Virus record (IMG/VR): IMGVR_UViG_3300005739_000025
DNA: 64,000 nt
DNA from: a virus
Taxonomy: Duplodnaviria; Caudoviricetes
Strand: one strand, 5' to 3'
A model generated the notes under the pieces. That model was not told the DNA's origin, did not search any database, and was given only the letters and a program-made list of their open reading frames with translations. The position numbers and the translations under genes are program-made. The stretch's first letter is position 1. The number at the start of each line of letters is the position of its first letter. Shown one piece after another: positions 20,001 to 31,104 of the stretch.

Positions 20001-21577
20001 AAATACCAATTCCATACGTAGTAATAAATGCACCTATTTTTGACGCAGGTAACGAGGCTATTCAAAGAAACGATGCAGTGTGGAATTGTATTAATGCTAT
20101 GATTTATCCTTTACAAAATAACGGGGCGTCATTAGCATATTCACCAGCTGGTAACCCCACATCTGAAGATATAGAATTAGGAAATGCATTACTTCAAAAC
20201 AGAACTTCAATACAAAAAACAGTGTCATCTTACGTGCTTAAAAAGAATTATCTAACAATAGATCCATACTATTTTGAAGTATTCACTAATAAGTGCATAA
20301 GAGATACAGGATATATGATAGATGCTGTTGCAAATGATTTAATTACGGGAGTTAACGCAAAATCAATTCAATACGCTGTTGCATACTGGGACGGATCCAC
20401 ATCACGTTTACCGGAAGAAATTTTAATAAATCAAAAACAAAACACATTGGATGTAATTAGATATCTAAGATCTGCGTCATTAGAAGTAGCTGTTAGTGAA
20501 TCAGCTACAGTAGAAAATAGAATATTTAAGAAAGTATCTGATCTTGTTGCAACAATGATTTATCCTTTAAAAAATAACGGTAACAACCTAAATTATTTTC
20601 CGCCAGGCTCCCCTATACAAAATGCACAAGCAGCTGCAAATTTACTATTATTCAATAAAGCAACTATTCAAGATAAGGTTAGTAGATATGTACAGGTAAA
20701 GGGATATCTAGACGCTACAACTCAACCAGAGTTATTTGAAAAATGCACAAGAGATGTAGGCTTTATGATCGATGCTATAGCAAGCGATCTGATATCAGGT
20801 GTTAATGCAAAATCTATTCAATACGCTTTGGCTTATTGGGATGGAAGTACTACTAGATTACCTCAAAACGAGCTTCCAAATCAAAGAAGAAATACAATTG
20901 ATACAATAGAATATCTAATATCTGTTGTTATGGATTATTTAAAAACTTATGGTGGGATACTTAATCAGATTTTAGATCTAGCTAAGACAGTCGCATTCCC
21001 TCTAAGAAACAATGGTCAATTGCCTCCATATGAACCACAGGGCCCAACCATAACATTAGATAGAGATATTGCTTTTAAAACTCTTCAAGCAAATAGAACA
21101 AGATTACAAAATGATACAATTAATTTTGTAAGAACATTAGGTATAATTAGCGATAGACCTGATTTACAGGCTAAATGTTTTAGAGACATTGGTTACATGG
21201 TTGACTCAGTTATCAACGATTTAATTTACGGTACTGATGCCAGATCAATTCAATATGGATTAGCTTACTGGGATGGAACAAAGAATAGAATCGGTGGTAT
21301 AGCAACTGGGGTTAACTCAAATGTTGATCAGAGAGCCGCTACAATAGAAACTATTAGGTTCTTAAGAGATCAATCTATAGACTTAATATTACGAGCTGGC
21401 GGAAATAACCCAGGAGGCGCAACATCGCAAACAGGTCAAACATCGTTAAGTGGTGCTATAAATTACTCAGGTCAAACGTTTGATGGGCAAAACGGTGATC
21501 TATATGGTATTGAAAACGATCCTATAGGCAATATACAGCCTGTTGCAGTGGTAAATAAAATTATTAAAGTTAGATAA
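17099..21577 (+). CDS. Tail-collar-domain virion protein with six KCxRDxGY repeats (1492 aa)
   Basis: N-terminal L..GEP..VTD..RIVVGDG fibre motif; collar VPVGTIIDFAG..CDG..YFELFDAIG..FSLPNL; C-terminal NIQPVAVVNKIIKV. Confidence 0.85.
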   Translation: MGDYTRIILRQGPDKDRKRVILKSGEPAFVTDYQRIVVGDGVTQGGVTIGSKFLGFVEFDSVSNEVFNATPGYPGDIVFETTSNLMYILSGGEVSLGKEAYQIKTNYVEINKTPSPDNINLYNNNGVLSLIQDSIDARYLATFAIGKGLTKNPLNNSILEMKDPSPELSFDGGTLQLTDGGVENIKLAPMRPNTVKARVNLSGPPEDITFDELKFALGLIAEGGGLTFGVPVGTIIDFAGPDGKAPPNYLPCDGRELPVNDYFELFDAIGNTWGAPTLTSFSLPNLNKRTTIGKGSLSGTGASDFVNERLGSYGGSLANQLTVKQLPPHIHGLQINIPAHKHEFTVTIPRFSGVYEAGSLVTNGYNNYIIIIGGNGPDAAPPTTPRGPTDSLTTIRSQAASIIKSQKSYIQQRTVDYVYDNFPIALSASSTTAAVNLSSKCFRDTGYIVDSIAADLLNNANHRAVETGNLYFSGYINSFQQNTTVPALPGNQVLPTIAAIENIGSIIAGTDIVYTLGGNYTNNGVLSSLTFLNPIQTVAIGGLRNFTNVISNSAFVPVTTPNGVVPFDTNNTYFNAGSAILQNKQNIQQRIVEFVKYNFPYALSAENAIQANALSARCYRDTGYIVDSIVADIRNNANHRSVETGQFYFSGAILLRNQIVGSTVPTLPFEQVNATIQAISAVGKLINGYLMPTEQNYTTLGVLSSDIYFTASQNIMLSSFNNFTRVISNSADIPVTTPLGTRLQPVSSYDLAVATLAPRREEIQNQIVQYTLFKYPYALSSSALFGISAADISITNAGSGYTTPPTVLIQGGGVNVTRVAKFVADINTTNFTVTAIRVLDAGVGYTDSGSITAILIPSQFDNIIVPAGFTINSLSEVVAANAMGLTAKCFRDTGFIFDAILADINNASNHRSVETGQFYFSGAVLSRNVNVGSTVPTLPLEEVEATIQAISAIGRYITGDNFPQPIIEIPIPYVVINAPIFDAGNEAIQRNDAVWNCINAMIYPLQNNGASLAYSPAGNPTSEDIELGNALLQNRTSIQKTVSSYVLKKNYLTIDPYYFEVFTNKCIRDTGYMIDAVANDLITGVNAKSIQYAVAYWDGSTSRLPEEILINQKQNTLDVIRYLRSASLEVAVSESATVENRIFKKVSDLVATMIYPLKNNGNNLNYFPPGSPIQNAQAAANLLLFNKATIQDKVSRYVQVKGYLDATTQPELFEKCTRDVGFMIDAIASDLISGVNAKSIQYALAYWDGSTTRLPQNELPNQRRNTIDTIEYLISVVMDYLKTYGGILNQILDLAKTVAFPLRNNGQLPPYEPQGPTITLDRDIAFKTLQANRTRLQNDTINFVRTLGIISDRPDLQAKCFRDIGYMVDSVINDLIYGTDARSIQYGLAYWDGTKNRIGGIATGVNSNVDQRAATIETIRFLRDQSIDLILRAGGNNPGGATSQTGQTSLSGAINYSGQTFDGQNGDLYGIENDPIGNIQPVAVVNKIIKVR

Positions 21578-21786
21578 TGTTTAATAAAATTGTTAAAAAG
21601 TTATTGGAGGATTTTAATGTTTATCCTAGGTCAGGTCCACCCTTAGGACAGGGACCGAATATTGATTTTAAAGGTCCAACCCCTGCAGGTTTTTTGGGGG
21701 GCGGCTTACCAGGTATAAATCCAAGTGCTAGTATACCGTTAAAGATAAAGAAAAAGAAAAAACTTAATAAGAAAGTGAAGCGTTAG
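21577..21786 (+). CDS. Small basic Pro/Gly-rich protein
   Basis: ORF track; TAATG coupling to the upstream gene. Confidence 0.6.
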   Translation: MFNKIVKKLLEDFNVYPRSGPPLGQGPNIDFKGPTPAGFLGGGLPGINPSASIPLKIKKKKKLNKKVKR

Positions 21787-22149
21787 AACCTGACTCTATA
21801 TTTTCTGCTTGTAGCGCGTTTTTGAGTTTTTCTAAATCACCTTTAACCTCAGGGTTATCTAAAAAGTCTACTAATTTGCTTACCTCTTTATAAGTTACCG
21901 TTTCTTTGCTAGCAGCTGAAATTAAAGCGCTAAATTGAGTAAACAAATCTTTCATTTTTATTCTTAGCTTTTCGCTTTCTAACATCTTTTTCTCTTCTTC
22001 GTCTGTATCTCTACCTATAGGTAAAAATCTAGCCATCGCATCTGTTTGAAACTTGGTAGATACATCAGAACCAGACATATTATTGGATATATCGCTATTC
22101 TCTAAAATAGACATATACTTTTCAAATAAGATTTTAATATCCTTATTCA

Positions 22150-22150
<1 letters not shown>
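21764..22150 (-). CDS. Hypothetical protein (128 aa)
   Basis: ORF track; coupled to the upstream gene. Confidence 0.65.
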
Positions 22151-24519
<2,369 letters not shown>

Positions 24520-24549
24520 TTATTTATCTATTTTCTGTATTATTAATGA

Positions 24550-25257
24550 CTATGTTAATTGAGAAATTAGTAGATTTGTACTGGATAATGATACAAACGT
24601 ACCTGATGCTGCTAATCTCATTGTAAAGAACGTCAATCCTCCAGAATTACCTAGTGTAGGGTTGGCTACAAAAAACGATAAATTAGCTGATAATGAAATA
24701 AAACTTCTATTAGAATAAGAGGCAGATAGAGCGGTAAAGATAGTATCGATAGTAGTAGCATTTAAATTATTTCTTGTGAATACTACTGTACTTAAACTTG
24801 ATACTGTATTTGTTCTTGTGTTAATAGCGGAAAGTGATGTATTGCTTGTTAATCTTAAAGTTGGCCCTACGCTATCTCTGACTCCTAATAAATCTATAGT
24901 TCTTAGGTTGGGGGATGATAACACTTCTATAGAAGTAAATCTATTGCCAGATAAAGCTAAATCGGTAACACCAATATTAACTGCGCTTAGAATACTTAAG
25001 TTTGGAGGGGATGTAAATGTTTGTAAATTTGGAGATACAATATTAATTGCAGATAAATTTGTGAGGTTGTTGCCATAAAAAGTTGATAGACCTGTACTTG
25101 TTGTGGTAATGGTGTTAATTCTGCTAAGAAGATTAGAATTGCTTGGAATGTATAAATTTTTGTCATCGATTACAAAATCTACACCCTCAACTAAATTTGT
25201 TTGTGATATCGGGGTTGAGAAAAAACTAGAAAGAGAAAGATTAAATGTGTTCGGCAT
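24550..25257 (-). CDS. Leucine-rich-repeat-like hypothetical protein
   Basis: LxxLxL..N patterns (LALSGNRF, LRTIDL, FTRNNLNATTIDTIF). Confidence 0.6.
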   Translation of the reverse strand: MPNTFNLSLSSFFSTPISQTNLVEGVDFVIDDKNLYIPSNSNLLSRINTITTTSTGLSTFYGNNLTNLSAINIVSPNLQTFTSPPNLSILSAVNIGVTDLALSGNRFTSIEVLSSPNLRTIDLLGVRDSVGPTLRLTSNTSLSAINTRTNTVSSLSTVVFTRNNLNATTIDTIFTALSASYSNRSFISLSANLSFFVANPTLGNSGGLTFFTMRLAASGTFVSLSSTNLLISQLT

Positions 25258-25290
25258 GGTAATATTATTTATGCCAATTTAAAAAAAAAA

Positions 25291-28104
25291 TTATATTAAT
25301 TGAGCAATTAAAATATAATTATTTTGAGTTTCTTCTATTAGAGATGTAGGTTCTAAAAATCTATCTTTTGTAGCGTTAAAATTTTGTATAATTTCATTGT
25401 GAGATAACTCTCTATTATACATCATTATAGGTCCGATATCTAAGCTAACACCTTCTTGGCCAAACGTTAAGTTATTTGTATTGTTACTGAACACAAGATC
25501 CGTTAGAGGAAATTCTATAACGTGGTTTTTTTCTTTTCCTATTACATATAACTTACTATAACCGTTAGGATCATAAGATTGTACAATTAAATTCCAAGAT
25601 GATAGTTCGTTAACCTTTAAAGTAGTTATATCGTAGTTGTAGTCGTTAGTCTTTAATGCTACTATTGGTAGGTTATTGTTTCTTGTTATTTTTGGTAGAG
25701 AATATATATTCCACCATCGCATCATTGGACAAGCAAATTTTTTTATACCCTTACTGTTTTTAATTTCTTTAAAGGTAGAAGATTGTTTCCAATTAGTCAT
25801 GACGCCTGGACCATAATTAAAATCTTCATTTGATGAACCGGGCTCTATACCTGCATAATACCAAACATCACTGGTTGATAGGGCTACTGTTGTTACTGAG
25901 TTTAAAGGATACATCTCTTTAAATTCACCCGGTATTCTTTCAAAGCTATCATACCTATTATTTTCATCTCCTAATCCTAGTTGACCTATGTCGTTTTCAC
26001 CGCACCCAAACCAAATATTTGTATTTGCGGAAAGTGCAAAAGTGTGGAAAGGGGCAGTTTCGAATCTATCCCAATTACCTTCTATAGCTGTAAAGGTTGT
26101 TGTACCTGTTGTACCTTTACCCATATATCGACATTCTCCAGAAGCAAACGCACGTCCATTAGCTGATAAAATAAACCCAACAAGAGGCCCTGGAAAAATT
26201 TTTGAGATATTGTACCTTGTATTGGGTATACCAACATTTTGAATAAAAGGAATTCGTAAATTTTCATATGAACCCCATATACCATTACTGGTTCCTAGTT
26301 GGCTGGAATTGTTAAAATTAAATACACTATCTACAAACCCCCCTGTGAAAACGTTTGTTCCAAACGCAGTACTGCTTAAAGCATAAACAGTATTTTCTGT
26401 AACCATTTTTATATCAACAAAATTACCAGGAAGATTTGTATTATCTGTTACAGGATAGAAGCCATCAAAAATTTTAGTAAAAGATTCTATAAGAGGATTT
26501 GCAAAACCTGTAATATAAAATCTTCCACTTTTATCTCTTATAACAGTTGAATAGGCTGTAAAACCTGCAACTTTATCTAAATCTATTCCAGATAAGTTTA
26601 ATTCTACTGGTTTATCGAATACTCTAAAATTGTAATCATAAGGATGGGGTAAAATTCCAGCTGAAACTACTGGTCCAAAGTTACCGTAATCTAGTCCAAC
26701 AGCAGATAATTTATTATTGTTTTGTAAATAGATTGTACTAGTTCCTTCATATATATCAAAAGGTGAAGATATATTATTAAAGTTTTGTCTAGAAACTTTT
26801 GTTAAATTAGCTAGATATGTTGCTGATAGAGATTCTGCAAATACATTTGTTTGTATTCCGTACAAATCTCCTATTGATTCAATAAAAGCATAAACAGAAC
26901 AAAGGGTTTTAGTATTTGTATTATATTTTAATTTAGAACCTAGATATAAATCATCACTTAATAAATTTATATCATCGTATCCTGTATTGTTTACGTTGTT
27001 ATATTTTACCCAGAACATTCTAGTAAAGGGTTGTTTGGACGGAAGTCTTATTGTATTAGTTGTAATAGATATTTTTTCATCAACACCGTCTAATCTTATT
27101 ATACCACCATTAATATTTGCTGCTGACGGCCCGTTTATAAGAGTGGCATCGTTCTCGTTATAGCTTATGTCGTTTAATAAATTAGTACCTGTATAGCTAT
27201 TTGGATCGCCTGCGTCTAAATGACATATTAAACCATTTTTTACAATTTGATTATTGTAATTTACTGCATATCTACTTCTATTACTTTCATAAAAATCCTT
27301 TACGTCTTCTTTAGTAAAAGTATAATTTGAGGTATATAAAATACTGTTAAGATACCCGGTTAAACTTAATACAAAAGGAGATGAAATTAAATTTTGTCTA
27401 AGATATCCGGATCCGGCCCAGATACAAAATCTAGGGATATAAGTAAGGCTTGATGTTTTTAAAGTAAATGTATTAGGGTCTAAAATTTCTCCATTATATT
27501 TAAAGGTGCTTAATGGAACTGTAGAAGCTGTATTATTTAAAATTAGCGTGGTTAGATTTTCTGAAGTATCTCCATCATGAAATGAAACAAGATATGGTGC
27601 ATCTATATACCAATTAAAAGTAAAATTATGCCATTCATTAGCTGTGGTAAAAAATCTTTGTTTTAAACCTGTATATAAATTATTTCTAAAACAATAAAGC
27701 TCTATATTAATATAATTGTCTTCTAAAAAAACTATTATACCACCGTCTGTTGTTCCACCAAATTTATGTAATACTTGGGTCTCTTTAACATTATTAGCAT
27801 TATACCAAAAAGATAGCGTGAATGCTGATAATCCTGAAACAAAAGGAATTAAAGAATTTAATGATCCTAAAAAATAACTTTGTGAGGGTAACCCGCCCGC
27901 AAAATATACTGCGCCTCCAAAAGCGTCTGTATATCTACCATTATACACTTGACCTGTTAATTTTAAAGGAGATAAGTCAAAAACTGTTGTAGGGCTGCCC
28001 GTAAAGGTATTGTTTATACCTTCTCTATAACATCTTCTATTTCCTAGATCTATGTAATATCTAGTATTAGGATATGTTATTGCTGGTGAAAATTTTAAAC
28101 TCAT
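25291..28104 (-). CDS. LamG/ConA-like plus RCC1-like repeat virion protein (937 aa)
   Basis: GLICHLDAGD..SY, FTLSFWY, GENDIGQLGLGD and YNRELS..EI.QNF motifs. Confidence 0.75.
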   Translation of the reverse strand: MSLKFSPAITYPNTRYYIDLGNRRCYREGINNTFTGSPTTVFDLSPLKLTGQVYNGRYTDAFGGAVYFAGGLPSQSYFLGSLNSLIPFVSGLSAFTLSFWYNANNVKETQVLHKFGGTTDGGIIVFLEDNYINIELYCFRNNLYTGLKQRFFTTANEWHNFTFNWYIDAPYLVSFHDGDTSENLTTLILNNTASTVPLSTFKYNGEILDPNTFTLKTSSLTYIPRFCIWAGSGYLRQNLISSPFVLSLTGYLNSILYTSNYTFTKEDVKDFYESNRSRYAVNYNNQIVKNGLICHLDAGDPNSYTGTNLLNDISYNENDATLINGPSAANINGGIIRLDGVDEKISITTNTIRLPSKQPFTRMFWVKYNNVNNTGYDDINLLSDDLYLGSKLKYNTNTKTLCSVYAFIESIGDLYGIQTNVFAESLSATYLANLTKVSRQNFNNISSPFDIYEGTSTIYLQNNNKLSAVGLDYGNFGPVVSAGILPHPYDYNFRVFDKPVELNLSGIDLDKVAGFTAYSTVIRDKSGRFYITGFANPLIESFTKIFDGFYPVTDNTNLPGNFVDIKMVTENTVYALSSTAFGTNVFTGGFVDSVFNFNNSSQLGTSNGIWGSYENLRIPFIQNVGIPNTRYNISKIFPGPLVGFILSANGRAFASGECRYMGKGTTGTTTFTAIEGNWDRFETAPFHTFALSANTNIWFGCGENDIGQLGLGDENNRYDSFERIPGEFKEMYPLNSVTTVALSTSDVWYYAGIEPGSSNEDFNYGPGVMTNWKQSSTFKEIKNSKGIKKFACPMMRWWNIYSLPKITRNNNLPIVALKTNDYNYDITTLKVNELSSWNLIVQSYDPNGYSKLYVIGKEKNHVIEFPLTDLVFSNNTNNLTFGQEGVSLDIGPIMMYNRELSHNEIIQNFNATKDRFLEPTSLIEETQNNYILIAQLI

Positions 28105-28117
28105 GTTTAATTAGTTA

Positions 28118-30286
28118 TTAGGTTATATCAGTTAGTTGAAGATCATATCCTAGTGTCTTTTTATATACATCATAAAAAGTAGAAAAATTAATTGCGCTAC
28201 TGAATACAAAGCCGGAATGAATTAAACCGTTAAACGTATTTAAGGGTGAGGTGTTTATACCCCTGTAGCCACCCAAATTAGATATAACATCACAGCCAAA
28301 ACCTACTATGTTTGCTCCAAAATTTGGTATAGTTTCACCTATTGACCATTTAATAGAACTATTATTACAAAAAGAAGTTATATTATTATTATTATCTATA
28401 GACAAACCAACAAAGTAGTATGAACTCAATGGTACGTTTAAAAACGATTGAGATTGTAACTTACTATCTTTATTTCCAGTTAAATAAGTTACAATAGATG
28501 AATTTAAATTATTAAAATTAATACCAAATAAAGAGTTCTCATTTGCGCTAATACTTGTATTTCCAAAAACGGGGGAATCTGGTACAATATTATTTGTGTA
28601 TGGAGAAAAGACTGTTACTATACTCAAGGGTTGATTAACCTGTGAATTAAAAATTATAGGACTAGTAGGGTAGGGGGATTGTAGTAAGATTGCTGGTTGA
28701 TTATAAAGTCTTAATCCTTTAGAAAAAATTGTATCTTGTACAAAATTGCATCCAGATAAAACAATTTTATTACTGTGGATCCCTCCTGTATAACCATTGA
28801 AAGTAAATAAAAATCTATTATTTGTATATCCAACGGATTGTATACTTTCAGTAGTTTGATTAACATTGTTAAAAAAGCTTAATCTATATTGACGTTCTAC
28901 AAGTCTTTTTAATGGTGTAAATGTCGAAAGATCTGTACTAAAATTCGTAGAATAACCACCTATTAAAAATGTTTTAATATTTGAAAAATATGTTACATTA
29001 AATAATTGTTCAGGCATAAAAGAAAAGGGAGTAGGTAAAAGACTTAAAGCATAATTTTCATTTACCTTGTAAATAAGATTAAAACTAATTAATAAAGCTA
29101 CTGACTCGTCATCTCCATAAACATATAATGATCTTGGTCTTTTTAAATTTGAATGAAAAGGAATAGAAAGTCTAGCTGCTGTTAGATAAATTTGGTTAAA
29201 ATTTATACCATCTTCAGATGATAGAGAAGGATATATTGTTCTATCAGCTGGAACAAAGTAAGATGAATCGCCGTATGAATATCCCCCGATAACTAAAAAT
29301 TTATTTTTTTTGGTATATATTGTGTTACTATAATAATAATAAAAAGGTGGTATAAACGGAAAAAATGAAGAATAAGAAGAAAAAATAGTACTGTAACTAT
29401 TAACCAGTACCGTAGATGTGGTTGGTGAGTAGCAATATAATTTATTTTCGGCTTCTAAAAGTTGTGTCCAAATACCGGATTTTGGTAGTTGAAATGTTGT
29501 CCAGTCTTGCAAATTAAAGGAGTAATATGCAGATAAACTATTATTAGATAATATATAATATCTATCATAAAAATATTTTAATTGCGGGTTTAATGTAAGG
29601 GCTGGCGTTTCTAAATTATTAGAATAGTTTATAATTTCATATGGAGTTTTAAAGTAATTCCAATTAAAACCGTCACTGGAGTACATTCCAGAAATTTCAA
29701 AACCCCATGTAAAATTATTTGGATAAAAAGGTCCTCCGCTTTGACTAATTACTAAATTAAAAAAGTAATTATTTTCTGAAAAAATATTATTATTAAAGCC
29801 TTCAGGTAAAATATATCCTAATATATCTGAAGAAAAACAACTAAATGTATGATTCAGACTTTTTAGTGGTACAACATAATTTGTATTATCAGTGTTATAT
29901 TTTTTATCTAGTAACCAGCCTTCATATAAATTATCCCACAAATTATTTTTCTTTAACTCTAAAGTAAAGTTATTAATATCTTCTTGATATTGTATGTTAA
30001 AAATTTTAGTTCTATCATAATAAATGCTAGAATTTATATCAGGGTCTAAAGACGAAAGTCTCCACTGCGGTGTATCTATATTAGTCAATACTTGACTTAA
30101 TGTTAATCCGCTTAAAATAGGAAACGTATTTTGAATAGTATTCGGTATATTAACGTCATTGTATTTTACAATAAAAAGTTCCCCTCCACCAGTTGAGTAT
30201 CTTAAACTTGTTCTATCGTTTAAGAATTCATCTACATTAATTTTAAAATAATCTGAAGCTGATAAAATAGCGTAACTTCTAGACAT
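28118..30286 (-). CDS. Putative virion protein with S.DG..W/F beta-propeller-like repeats and a LamG-like end
   Basis: YSSDGFNW and SEDGINF motifs; structural cluster. Confidence 0.6.
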   Translation of the reverse strand: MSRSYAILSASDYFKINVDEFLNDRTSLRYSTGGGELFIVKYNDVNIPNTIQNTFPILSGLTLSQVLTNIDTPQWRLSSLDPDINSSIYYDRTKIFNIQYQEDINNFTLELKKNNLWDNLYEGWLLDKKYNTDNTNYVVPLKSLNHTFSCFSSDILGYILPEGFNNNIFSENNYFFNLVISQSGGPFYPNNFTWGFEISGMYSSDGFNWNYFKTPYEIINYSNNLETPALTLNPQLKYFYDRYYILSNNSLSAYYSFNLQDWTTFQLPKSGIWTQLLEAENKLYCYSPTTSTVLVNSYSTIFSSYSSFFPFIPPFYYYYSNTIYTKKNKFLVIGGYSYGDSSYFVPADRTIYPSLSSEDGINFNQIYLTAARLSIPFHSNLKRPRSLYVYGDDESVALLISFNLIYKVNENYALSLLPTPFSFMPEQLFNVTYFSNIKTFLIGGYSTNFSTDLSTFTPLKRLVERQYRLSFFNNVNQTTESIQSVGYTNNRFLFTFNGYTGGIHSNKIVLSGCNFVQDTIFSKGLRLYNQPAILLQSPYPTSPIIFNSQVNQPLSIVTVFSPYTNNIVPDSPVFGNTSISANENSLFGINFNNLNSSIVTYLTGNKDSKLQSQSFLNVPLSSYYFVGLSIDNNNNITSFCNNSSIKWSIGETIPNFGANIVGFGCDVISNLGGYRGINTSPLNTFNGLIHSGFVFSSAINFSTFYDVYKKTLGYDLQLTDIT

Positions 30287-31103
30287 TTTCGTACCTCCTC
30301 TTGTCCTTATTAACTAGTTCTATTATCTCTGATCTAGTTAATACTTTATTAAAATAATAAAAATTACCTCCCATTAACCCCATATAGCCTGAAAGTCCTG
30401 GTTGAATGGCGCATAGTCCATCCATTAACGAAAGTGCCGGAAACCCAACATCAATCATAAAATTTTCTCTATAATAATTACATCCAAAATGTAATACACC
30501 TCTAATTCCGAAGGCATTGGAAGCAGGAAACGTCTGTGTGATAGATGAACCTGATCTGTTTGTTTTATAATTTCTAGCGCTAACCCCGTTTATATATATT
30601 AAAGGTGAAGCTACATTAGTAAATTCACTACTAGCTACAGTAATATTTTGCCATATGCCAGGTAAAACCCTATCCCAGGTTACATTTATATGTTCTAAGC
30701 CTAAGCTTTGAAGATTATAATAAGATGTACAAATATTACCTCCTGATATATAAATATTAAAACCAACATTTCTCCACCCTATACTCATAATCATCTGTGA
30801 GTCCTTAATATTGTCCGGCTTAATCCAAAATGAGTATGTTTTATTTCTTAGTCCAAAATTTATATCTGAATTACTTATGCCAATAGGATTTCCGCTGATA
30901 AAGGCAAAATTATTTTTATAAAACCTTAAAAACCCTTCACTTGATAAAGGTCTTGTTCTTAGGTCTATCTGCAGTGGGCTCGTGTGAACGGTATTTAAAT
31001 TGTTATATAAAAATAAAGACCCTGTTTTACCTCTAGGGTTTAGTAAATCAAAATTGCAAATATTTGCATCAGCATTGAAAGGGTAGGTATATCTAACAGC
31101 CAT
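30279..31103 (-). CDS. LamG-like domain protein
   Basis: TYSFWIKP, WQNITV, IYING, YFNKVLTRSEI. Confidence 0.7.
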   Translation of the reverse strand: MAVRYTYPFNADANICNFDLLNPRGKTGSLFLYNNLNTVHTSPLQIDLRTRPLSSEGFLRFYKNNFAFISGNPIGISNSDINFGLRNKTYSFWIKPDNIKDSQMIMSIGWRNVGFNIYISGGNICTSYYNLQSLGLEHINVTWDRVLPGIWQNITVASSEFTNVASPLIYINGVSARNYKTNRSGSSITQTFPASNAFGIRGVLHFGCNYYRENFMIDVGFPALSLMDGLCAIQPGLSGYMGLMGGNFYYFNKVLTRSEIIELVNKDKRRYENV

Positions 31104-31104
31104 A

